The notes under the pieces were generated by a model. That model ran no database searches. It saw only the letters and a program-made list of their open reading frames with translations, and was not told the DNA's origin. Position numbers and translations under genes: made by a program. Below, in pieces: positions 39,989 through 51,820 of a DNA stretch of 64,000 nt; position 1 is the stretch's first letter; each line of letters starts with the position of its first letter. The stretch is taken from assembly GCF_006345805.1 (NCBI RefSeq), contig NC_042999.1, positions 55,862,001 through 55,926,000 of the forward strand. The letters run 5' to 3'. Source of the stretch: Octopus sinensis. Its lineage: Eukaryota.

Positions 39989-40104
39989 GTGTGATCATTT
40001 CAGTACAAATGGAAGCAGAAAAGAAAATTAATAAAGTAGAAAAATTATTACATGCTGCCGAGAACGAGAATGAGTATTTACGAGAAGAAATTGCCAAATT
40101 AAAG
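39989..40104 (+). CDS. HVCN1: Hv exon: post-S4 and coiled coil (GVIISVQMEAEKKINKVEKLLHAAENENEYLREEIAKLK)
   Basis: tcacag acceptor, gtaagg donor, phase 1 to 0; matches human NGIIISV followed by a heptad-like helix. Confidence 0.93.
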
Positions 40105-41300
40105 GTAAGGAAATGTGATTAATATAGAAATATATTTAATAATGAATTATATTGGATGAGCAGAATCTGTAGAGCATCAGATAAAATCATCCTCATCATT
40201 ATCATCATCATCATTGTTTAATGTCTGCCTTCCATGCTACATGGGTTAGACAGTTTGACAGGAGGTGACCTGGCAGGAGCCTGCACCAGACTTCTGCGTC
40301 TGTTTTGGCAGGATTTTTATGGCTGGATGCCCTTCCTTACACCAACCACTCTATAGAATGGACTGAGTGCTTTTTACTTGGCACTAGCACAGTTTGACAT
40401 GGTGTTTTACAGCTGGATGCCCTTCCAAACATCAAACACTTTACAGTTGTGGACTGGATGCTTTTTAAGTGGAACCAGCACCGGCAGGGTCACCAAGTAA
40501 CTTGCAAGACAAGGATCCTTTGCAAGGGGAGGAGGCATTGGAGGAGGGGATTTGTCAGATGATGAAAGGTTATAGTGAGACAGAGAGACAGAAACAGATG
40601 TCTTGCTGTAGAGGAGGTATATGGTTACTTGGCCAGAAAGAGAGAGAGAGAGAGAGAATAGGAGAGAGAGAGAGAATAGGAGAGAGAGAGAATAGGAGAG
40701 AGAGAGAAGGAAGAAGAAGAGAGAGAGAGAGAGGGAGAGAGAGGGCAAATGAAAGGAAGTAATTTATATCAGATGAACTGCAGAAGACAATAAATATCTA
40801 AGAAACTGGAAAAAAATGTTGTAAATAACAACAACAACAACAACAATAATAATAATATTCTGCTCAAAACCACAGATTTGCAAGCCAGTTGTTTGACCTT
40901 AACCAGCTGAGCATGTCTCTTGGTGGCTGGCAATATATGCATCTCTGATCATGAGCAGAAGTAGTGGACGAGCATCATAGCCATGTGTTGGGAAGAATCC
41001 TTTGGGGTTTGAATAATTCGCTTCCAGAAATATGGGTGTTTCATTCATCATCCTTAAACAAATCTTATTCAGAGACCTTTTGAGTAGGATGCGCCACTGA
41101 ACCTGAGAAAATTCTAACTAGGCCCCACCAGCAAGATCATGTGCTGTTTATCTTGATATGAGTTCACCATGTTGAATATGTATGGTTGTGATGCATGTGC
41201 CCTGTGTACTCGTATCAGATGGGTAGTCATGATGGGTGTGGTAGGCTTCATATATTTGTACTCTAGTGTCACTTTTATAGCATACACTGCTCTCTCACTC

Positions 41301-41342
<42 letters not shown>

Positions 41343-42704
41343 GCCTTCAAAATTTGCCACAAGGTTAGCAATTTCAAGTGTTGGAGTAAGTTGATCACAT
41401 CAACCCCAATGTTCAAACGTGCTCAACTTATTTTATCGACCCCCGAAAGGATGAAAGGCAAAGTCAACCTCAGTGCTATTTGAACCCAGAATGTAAAGAT
41501 GGCTGAAATACTGCTAAACATTTTGCCAGGCATGCTAACAGTTCAACTAGCTCACCGCCTTAATAATAATTATAATGGTTTCAAATTTTTCCACATGGGC
41601 AGCAATTTTGGGGGAGAGGATGAGTTGATTACATCGACCCCAGTGTTCAACTGGTACTTATTTTATCGACCCCGAAAGGATGAAAGGCAAAGTCAACCTC
41701 AGTGGAATTTGAACTCAGAACATAGCGAGAGGTGAAATACCACTAAGCATTTTGCCCGGTGTGCTAACGATTCTGCCAGCTCACTGTCTCATGGCACTTT
41801 TAAACACTATGGCCAAACACCAAGAAACCCCCAAATATCACAACTACTAAAAATTGTTCTTTTGCATACAGCCCTCATCCCAAGAAAAACATTGTCAACC
41901 TGAAAATAGCTGATTCTCTTAAATCTCTTTCAAAACTGAATTACAAATTTAACAGAATATTATTTCTGACATTCTGGTCTCCTTTTCATACACTGTATCG
42001 TTGCTAATCATAAATAATACCCATCCAAAGTCTGTGGACTTGGAGGTTTCTGAGTGAGACTTGGAACAGCTCATATAAAACAAAACAACATAAAAAATAA
42101 TAACAACAATAATTGGATGCATTGGGGAAATTTCACATTTTATTAATTTTCATTTATTTTGACTCTAATGGGTGTTATGTCCGTCTGTCTGTCTGTCTGT
42201 TCCCTCTTCATGGTCAAATGGTTGGACCAATGGTCACGGTGTTTTTCAGAATTATGAAGGAAGCAATCAGGAAGGCTTTTAGTGAAAACAATGTGAAAAA
42301 ATATGATTATTTATTGGATATTGAGTTTTATATGAATAAATCACCTTAGATTTTTTTTGTTAAAATTCCAGTGACAAGGATTAACACTGGATTCCCCCCC
42401 CCCCCATGAATTTAGAGGGTTTAGATTTGTGATACTATCCCTTTATTTCCCATCATAGATTGGCAGATTTGTCATCTTACTATAATGGGCATTATGTCTG
42501 TCTGTCCATCTGTCCATCTTTTTGTCAGTTCTCTCCTCATGGCCAGATGGCTGGACCAATGGTTACAATAATTTCCAGAATTATATATATACTCACACGT
42601 ATACATACATCCACACATATCAACACATATATGTATATATATACATAAACATGCACGAATATATTAATAGGTATGCACACTCACACATACATGTGTGTAT
42701 ATAT

Positions 42705-42977
42705 ATGCGTTTACTCTTTCTACCCATCGCCCCTAAGAAGAAGTTAATATAGATCCATGTGGGTCGATTATTTCTGATTGGTTAATGAAATTTTGTTTAC
42801 TCCATATGGTTTCAAGGAAAGCATATTTGTTTTTAACAATTTAATCAAATATACTTTCCTTGAGATGCTATAGAGTAAAGAAAATAATTCAAAATTTCAT
42901 TAACCAATCAGGACCAATGAACCAACATGAATCTATGTTAACTTCTTAGGGGTGATGGGTAAAAAGTGTAAATGCAT
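42705..42977. mobile_element. full-length hairpin MITE
   Basis: Outer tacccatcgcccctaagaag / cttcttaggggtgatgggta; inner perfect 22-bp ctgattggttaatgaaattttg / caaaatttcattaaccaatcag; further paired segments towards the centre; sits in an AT/GT microsatellite. Confidence 0.8.
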
Positions 42978-43461
42978 GTATATACATACATATATATGTA
43001 AGTGTGCATACGTATTAATGCATACGTATTAATGCATCCGTACATGTATATGTATATATATGTATATGCATGGATATGTGTGGATATAAGTATATGTGTG
43101 AATATATGCTTGTGTCTCTGTGTATATATATGGACATATGGATACATATATATATGTGTGTATATGTATATGTGAATACTTGCATACATACAAATTTTCA
43201 TAACTTTATTTATATCTTATAAATGAATATTCCATTCTTTTATTAACTATAAACTTACCTTATTTATATTTAAATTTTCTCTATCATCTCTATTTAATTT
43301 ATTCATTCATTGTTCTAATTCAATTTACCTGCTCTATCTTATCTCCAATCAAACTGTAAACCCCTCATCTGAACATATAACAATACAAATCATAAACCAT
43401 ATCATTCAGTCTGCTATGATGAATCCATAAACACATAAAACATCCAAAGGAATATTTTTCC

Positions 43462-43534
43462 CCCTCTGAAGATATTATGCTCATATCATATAAATTTAAT
43501 ATTTACTGAGTATTAATTGAAACGGCTGTAAGGG
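43462..43534 (+). ncRNA. hammerhead ribozyme motif (GUA site), sense in Hv intron
   Basis: ccct CUGAAGA (43466-72); ~10-bp stem II attatgctca/tgagta(t)taat; GAAA (43519-22); cggctg; UA (predicted cleavage after 43530); aggg. Confidence 0.75.
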
Positions 43535-43624
43535 ATGATGATTAATTTTCTGTTAAAAATAAACAATTTTTAACTTCCCAATCTCCATTTGCTTTGTCTT
43601 CTTTTATATATACATATATGTAAC

Positions 43625-44060
43625 TACCATCTTGGGTCCATCTGCCCTCTACGAACCCAATGTAGAAGATCTAATGTAATTTATAAATGCACCATCCTCA
43701 GCACATTACACAATTCTACAGCTATATATATAGGATCGACCATAAATTTTAAACAGCAATATGCCACTCATCTCAATTCTTTTAGACACAAGAAACACAG
43801 TAAATCCACAACACTCGCCAGTCACATACATCATCTCAAAAATAGGAATATTCCCTTCACTTTGTCATGGTCCATAATAGATTCAGGGCTTCTATACCAA
43901 GGTCAACACTTAGCCTGTAAGTTATGCCTAAAAGAGGTATTCCACATATTAAATCACAACTCCTTGACACTACTAAATAAATATAATGAAGTCCTAAGTA
44001 CATGCAACCACTGCTTTTTTCATACCTTCAAATTTTACCAGAAATCTATATGCAACCTAA
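43625..44060 (+). mobile_element. Penelope-like (Poseidon/Penelope-type) GIY-YIG endonuclease remnant
   Basis: ORF 43589-44095: ICPLRTQCRRSNVIYKC..IYIGST..FKQQYATHLNSF..TTLASHIHHLK..SWSII..CKLCLKE..LLNKYNEVLSTCNH. Confidence 0.85.
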
Positions 44061-47000
44061 ATAACCACACAGCATGTATCCACAACATCCCTTAAGTAAT
44101 CCTAAACAACCCTACTTAATTTTCCCTTGCCTCCATTTTAATTTTTAATCTTTAATTTGTTAACTCCCTTATCTTACTTTAAGGATCTCAGTCATTTAAT
44201 ACTACATATTTGGACATACAAGCCAATAATGTGTGTGCATGTATTTTTATGTATGTAAGTATATGTATGCGAGTATATGTATGTGAGTATATGTATGTAT
44301 ATGTAGATATATATATATACATATATATGTATATGTATGTATATATATATATATATGTACATGTGTGTGTTTCCATGTATATATATGTGCATATGTATAT
44401 ACAAATATATATGAGTGTGTGTGTGTGTGTGTGAAAATATGTATACATAAGTACCTGTATACACACGTGCATGTGACTATGTGTAAGTGCAATTTAAGTA
44501 CTGATAATCTTTCATATGACCTCAGAATTGTTGGTCTCTTATCCCTCAACATTAGTCTCTTATACCTCAATAAAGACATGGAGCGGAAACACAGTATACA
44601 ATTAAAATGTATGGATGATGCTAACAGGAAATATAGCTACTGATGGGTGCATTATATCATGCCTCATATCAAAGGGTATGCTTTTGCCTACCAAGGGCAG
44701 AGATAGCCACAAAACACATAATAACCAATGAATTTAGTGAATCCCTTAAACACCTGAAATGGGATTGAAAATGTTGATTATATTACACTTCTGTGAAAAA
44801 CATTACACATTTGTTCAGTAGCTTCCCTAAAATGTCTTTCCACAAAAGAAGTAAATATATATTCTTTTCTACCCAAGGCACAAGGCCCGAAATTTTTAGA
44901 GATGGGGACCAGTTGATTAGATCGATCCCAGTATGCAACTGTTACTTAATTTATGAACCCCGAAAGGTTGAAAGGCAAAGTTGACCTCAGTGGAATTTGA
45001 ACTCAGAATGTAAAGACTGTAAATACCACTAAGCATTTCACTGGCATGCTAACATTTTTGCCAACTCACTGCCTTAGAAGTATATATATGTTGTTTATAC
45101 TACATGCATATGTATATAGTTGTTTATGCAGTATGTATATTGTTTGCTAAAGCAATATACAATGCAACAAATCAATACAAACAATATTGGTAGAATATTA
45201 CTATCAAAACTTCTTTCAAGTGCAAACTTAACAGGTCTGATATATTTGTCTAAGACAGAATAGAAAAATGCTGTACAGCTGTAGATGTCAGCTGCTCCAA
45301 AGCTGTGAGTAAGTATGGATAATGGCTTTGAAACTTACAGCTTCTGTACCAAGATTGCAAATTTACATTTATATAAATACTCACTGTTGTATTTGATTCT
45401 GTTAGTAAATACTTAAGGGACGATCTGGAGAAGTTGGGATTTGGGGGTAAAAGAAGTAACCAACCAGCACACACTTTGTAACCACAATCTATAAGCAAAA
45501 ACAAAAATATGCAAGACTTTTCTGAACTCCAGTGAAATAACACTTCACAGTCTGATGTGAGATCCTATAATAAAAATATGTATATTACAACAGGGTTCCA
45601 TGCTTAGAGTTGGCTTCAAAGTCAAACTTGCTATCCTCAATTCAGTTTTCAAAGCTATCCTTATCTATGGGTGTGAATATTGGATAATGATTGAAAGAGA
45701 ATAATCATAAATATATGCAGTTGAAATGGGAGTACTCAGAAGGATCTCTGGAGTAACATTACTTGACAGAGTGCACACTCAATGATCAGGGGCTCTCTCC
45801 AAGTTGAGAGGAATTTCACCACATTGAGAGGTCACAACTCCGGTACTATGGAAATGTGATTAGAATGTCACAGGAAAGACTTGCAAGGCAGATTCTTCAA
45901 TCGCCATAACCTTTCCAAGAATAGTGGGCCAAGAAGATAAACTAAGGAATGGATTCTAGTGACATAACATACTCAAATTACTGCTATTAAGTACTGGAAT
46001 GCACTATCAGAGAATTTTAGATGCTTCAAAAATTATATCTTTTGTTGAAAAAAAAATTAATTTTATGAGTAGGAATATTTTTCAAAAAGTTTCAGTTGTT
46101 TACACCTCATGCATGTTTTTGTTAAGATGGCGCCAATTATGTTTTTTTTTTTTTTATTATTTACAGGAAAATGATGCTTCAAACATCTTCAACGAATGTC
46201 ATAGATTCAGTTGAATTTTCTAGTTAAAATTATTATTTTTATGTTCTATAGTCATTGAGAAGCCACAGATGTAATTTTTTTGTTGATCTCCAACAGTAAC
46301 CAAAGTAATAGCAGCAACAGAAATATTAAAACAGCCATAAAATATTGAAGTAGTTAAATAAAAGAATGGTTTGTGTGTATATGCCAATCTATTTGAGATG
46401 TATGGAGAACTGTCATTTCCTTTTTACAATTGTATAATTTCTGTTATAGGCAATTGTGGAGACATGAGCTTCTTTCAAATCCAGTGGAAAGAGCTCATCA
46501 TAGTGGAAGTGCTTCTGTACTTAAATATATATATACTGATTTCTTAACTGAAGGATTTATTTAATGAGCAAAAAGTAAATAAATAAATAAACAAAATAGA
46601 ATTAAAGCCAACATTATGGATGATTAGGCAGGAAGACATAAACAAATTCTGACATTTTATAGAAAAGAAATTGCTTTAATTTTCTGGTTGACTAGTTTCA
46701 ATATCGACGTGAGACAGAAGATAAATGAAAACCAGGAAATGACAGAAAGGTTGAGATAATTAGAAATGTCTAAAGAATAACATTGGTTGTGACAGATATT
46801 AGCACAGAGGCATTTGGATTTATAAATTTTATGTGCATTTATGGCTTCTAAAAGAAATTCATAGTCAGATATTCTTCAGATAAATTTCCATACATCATAA
46901 TGAATTCTAAGATATAAAACAAAAACATCTGTATCCCCTTAGAAGTATTTTGGTAATGTCAAAATTTCAGAAGTTCATTAATGGTGCCAGGTACTGTAAA

Positions 47001-49473
47001 GTATAATTTTACATTAAAAATATAGCTAAAATATAATTTAACTGAATTAAGGATGATAGTTTTATTGATATATCTTGATCAAATCAATTGATGATCCAGA
47101 ACAGTCTTGGGTAAACTGCAGCCTGTGGGATATTCTAAATAGCATGCCTAAACAAAAAAAAAAACTGTCTTGAATTTTTTTAGTAGTGTTGCTCTGATGA
47201 TGAGCCATGTTTCATGCATCACACTTCTTAGAAAATATTATTCATTCCTGCTCAAGAGGATTGGTTTCAAATTTTGGCATAAGGCCAGCAAATTTGTGAG
47301 ACAGGGGTAAGTCAATTACATTGATCCCAGTGTTCAACTGATAATGATTTTATCGAGCCCCGAAAAGCTGAAAGGTAAAGTTGACCTTGGTAAGATTTGA
47401 ACTCAAAACATAAAGTCAGTAGAAATGCAGCTAAGTATTTTGTCTAATTCAAATTTTGGCACAAGGCCAGCAAGTTCAAGGGAAGAGGAAAGTCGATTAC
47501 ATCCACCCCAGTGTTCGACTGGTACTTATTTTATTGATCCCAAAAGGGTGAAAGCAAAGTCTGCCTCAGTATATTCTGAGAATTTGAACTCAGACTATAA
47601 AGACAGACAAAATGCCACTAAGCATTTCACCCAGCATGCTAAAGATCCTGCCTGCTCTACAATATTAACAGCATTTTCAGATTCAACTTGTAATCCACAA
47701 ACTTTTATAAAAATGAATAAGCACTATTTATTTTGATGACAATGTATAACGCATTTGTCGTCATCAGTTTCATATGAAGTTTAGATATAAATATTTTGTC
47801 TTAGAGGTGAAAATTGCTGTAATTAATTTCCTACAATGCCCATTAATTTATTTGTTTCTTCAGATAATAACATTGAAATAATAAAATCACCAGAAATATG
47901 AGTTCCCTATAAAACAGATTTTAGCTGTTAGCTAAACGTAATTATTATAGATAATCAATTAAAACAATAGCCATTTTCTTGTGTCAAGTCATTCAAATAC
48001 ATTTATTTTTACCTGGAGAAATAAATGAGGAAGATTCAGAACACTGGAATCACCTTTGTCTTTTTTTCTCTCTCTATTCCCACTCTACTCCTGCTTTGAC
48101 TCCACCTACAGAAAGTAGAACATGTCATTATAATTATCAACTCTATCTACCTCCACACAACCTACTCTCAACCTCCACTCCAACTCAACTCTAACTACAC
48201 CTTCTTTCTCTACTTTCACTCTCCCACCACTCCATTTCCACTCAACCTCCACTCTACTGCTTCTCTACCTCCAATCAACCACCACTATGTCTCCATTCTA
48301 CTTCTATTCACTCTCCATTCATCTTCCACGTAAGCAAAACAATCTACCGTAGCACCTTTCTCTACAAATGTAATCTTGTGGCTGATAAAAAGTAATCATA
48401 TTTACCAAGGTATATTAACTCTATAAACACAAATGATTAAGAGAAAAAGTTACAAAACATTTAATTTGAACATAAAAACATTTAAAATCTTTTGATCAAG
48501 TGATCGGTTGTAGCTCTAGTTTATTATCTGCTCTTCATCCCTGGAAAATGCTCTTCCAGTTCACAAAACAGTACCCTCAAATTTTAACATTTTAACAGTT
48601 TAAAACAAGTTCAGTGATAAATTTTAAAAGTTTAACATAAGCACAACACTTTAACAATCACCTCTTTAACAATCAGCACTCCTTTAACAATCAGATTACT
48701 CTGTAATGTTTATTCATTTGCACTGTTTTGAATTAATCATGCTTTATTTTAGAGTTTCAAGATTTTGATGATGTGACTGTTTATCTTTAGAATGACCGTG
48801 TAGGTCAGTATGAGTGGCTAGATCTGGTTAGTATAAACATAAAACAGGTAGAATATTTGAGCTGAATACAACCAGTTTAAAAGTTAAAGGGTCATATGAT
48901 AAGTCAAGACAAATAATGAACAATGTGGTCACTCAGTGTGCTAAAAATAGCCTTCAGATTCCCTTAAAAACATTCAACTGTAAAAATTTTTAAATGGATA
49001 TATTGGACAATGTAATCCAACATATATCTGAAAAATAAGTATAGTCTTTGCTGATGTAACTTTGATCCTAACTCTGCTTGATCAGAGTGCCTTTGAGGCA
49101 GACATCAATAACAGCATCAATGACTGATAATGTAAATGAAGAATATGTCATTCACAAACAGAACTAGATTCAATACTTCCTATAAGCTAATATAGTTTTA
49201 GGTGGGTACTAGCCTGATATGCATCAAACTTCCATTAAATTATTTAATAGTACTATTACTAGTAGTAGTCTTATTAAAACATGCTGCATAAGTTGCCTGG
49301 AGTTATGGCAACAGCAATCAAATTATTAACCTTTTTGATAACAATTTGCCCAAACCTGTTCATGGTTTTATGATATTAAATTCCAGTTTAAAAGTGATTA
49401 AATTAAAATCTTCCATCAACATTTCTTGTTATTTCATGTTCCCAAACCAGCTTAATAATTTTACTAAATTCCT

Positions 49474-51222
49474 TGCCCTTCCTCTTCCGATCAGCTCCCG
49501 AGTTCCTGTCAGCTCCCCAGCTGCTGATGTCATCCCACACGCCACCCTGATCTTAAAGATCACATCTCCTCTACACCACGTTAAAGTCCACCATCCAACC
49601 GGGCGGGCGCCTTGCGCATTGAGGTTTCCTCAAGCTAGGCACCTCGTTCTCCTCCTCTCCACAATTGTCATCCAATGAAGAGACAATCCTGCGAAGGTCC
49701 AAGACATATTGCAGCATCCCATCTACGGAGACGTTGTTTCTGGAATTGACCGACGTCACCGTTCCTCTGCTCCATTGAGACATACAGCGCGCCTTTGGTG
49801 GCTTAACCCAGACTTCCTCCCCTATTTTCACATGCGTAACGTCTCAACACAAACGTCCATCACCTCGTCTCCCATGTACCATGATATATGCTCGTTCAGC
49901 TCTTTACAGTCCAGCACCGGTCTGACTTTTCCCTTCGTCGGCTGCACCACCACCACCAGATGTAGCACTCCACTCACCACCTCCTCCTTCCATGGGACAA
50001 GGACTCCTTCTTTGATCCATCTCTCTACCTCGTCTTCGAACTTGATCCTGGTGTGACCTTTCAAGGTACACTGGTAGCAGCACACCCTGTTCTTCAGCAT
50101 CAGGGGCTTGTCTTTCCATCGCCACTCTATCATCCGCCACTGACCACTGAACGCTGCCTGAAAATCCTTGTCCTCAATGGTGTAAGCAGCGCAGTCCCTC
50201 GTGGAGCTCTGCTCTCTCTGGCGATCCTGACTCACAGCGCACGACACACTCACACTTCTGAACGTGACCTCATCTCCTGCAATACTGACACCACCGAGGC
50301 GGTTGATAGCATTTATCTCCATCACCACATCAATCCCGTCTATCACGCATTTGAACACAATTACCTGCAGCCTTAGCGTCGCACCTCACACCGCTATCTC
50401 TACATTGCTGCCGGCCTTACATCGGATTTCACTGCCGTCGACCTCCCAGACGCTACTTGCCTCACTCCATTTCTTTGACACCCATGGAGTCATGAGGGTG
50501 GTCGTGCAACCTTTATCCACGAGGGCCTTGAACATCCCCTTGGCCTCGACATCAATTATGGGCAGTGTCTCCAAAAGCGCCTCTATTCGTTTGCGGGGAA
50601 AGTTTGAGAGGCAGCAACTTCCCCAGTCGTTTCCCTGGTCACAATCACGGGCGATGTACCTTGTCTGTCTGCATCGATAGCAGACGGGCCCCAGTTGCGT
50701 ACACTCCCTTGCCATGTGCGACCCCTGACATTTAAAACACCGGCCTGAGAACGGCTGCTGTCATTACACGGTAGGCTTCTTCACGTCTTTCTCCGGCCAT
50801 TGTCCGTCTTTATGCGCCTCCGTTACCACCATCACTGTCGTCTTCCATCCAGTCTTTCACGTCATCACACGAGCTTGAGCCACAAGTTCACTCAGCTGCC
50901 ATCGTGGTGACGTCTTATGTGGAGTGCCGAAATAGCTCATGGTGAATGTGGGAGATTAAAAGTAAGACACCTACCTTCTCTTCATCAACACAGACCTCTC
51001 CGATGGTAACAAACTCTTCCACGTGGCCCAAACCGAAACACTAAAAATAGCAGCTGCTGTCCCTCACATTGTCGCAGCACTCACACATCCAGCAACTCTC
51101 GGCTACTCCAATCGAAACGGCCCAATCATCTCATGCCGGTGCGCGCATCACCTATGTGCCCTTCCTCTTCGGGTCAGTTCCCAAGTTCCGGTCAGCTCCC
51201 CAGCTGCTGACATCATCCCACA
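49474..51222 (-). mobile_element. internally deleted Ty3/Gypsy LTR element (5' LTR 50947-51222; truncated 3' LTR 49474-49539)
   Basis: The LTR has terminal TGTGGGA..TCCCACA. Internal region: two CCHC-like knuckles (CFKCQGSHMAREC, CYRCRQTRYIARDC), protease (ALVDKGCTTTLM), RT N-terminus (KGKVRPVLDCKELN), then directly the integrase C-terminus (GEEVWVKPP..W..GTV) and a purine-rich tract before the 3' LTR. Confidence 0.85.
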
Positions 51223-51538
51223 ATTGAAACAAAACAATGTACTTTATGAGAAAAATGGTAATAGGAGGGTCAAGCATTTTAGCATTTAATTTTAATCCCT
51301 TTGTCATCAATCCACCCGAGGCCATCCCTGGTTCTAGAGCACAAGTATCCTGTTTTGAAGTGATATAAATTCCATTAAAATTTCATGTTAATTTAAGTTC
51401 CAAGCACCAGCTTAATAATGACAAAATTACTGTGCTAAATTCTTAATTATTTTAAAATTAATTGAAGCAAAAGTTGGATATTTCAGCAGAAATATGGTAA
51501 TGAAAAAGTTAAATGTTATCTTCATTTTACTCTAACAG

Positions 51539-51629
51539 GAAGAATTAGAATCGGTTCGGAAAAAGCAGAAAAAGGACGATGGCAAATCACTTGAAAGTGT
51601 ATCCCAAAAGACGGATGATGATTTAATGG
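51539..51629 (+). CDS. HVCN1: Hv exon: coiled-coil end and C-tail (EELESVRKKQKKDDGKSLESVSQKTDDDLM)
   Basis: ctaacag acceptor, gtaagt donor, phase 0 to 1; continues the heptad pattern; unique sequence between repeats. Confidence 0.75.
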
Positions 51630-51820
51630 GTAAGTTTCAATATAAACTATATTTTTTTTCCGAGTATATATTATCTTTTCAGAATTCGACTAAGCTCCTT
51701 AAAACTGTTGATAGCAGAATCTATCTAAATTCATAGATGAGAATGACATGTATAGTGATGTCAATTAAGTGACACCCTATTATTTAATAAGTATGAGTGA
51801 AAGAGGGTCACCATCTTGTA

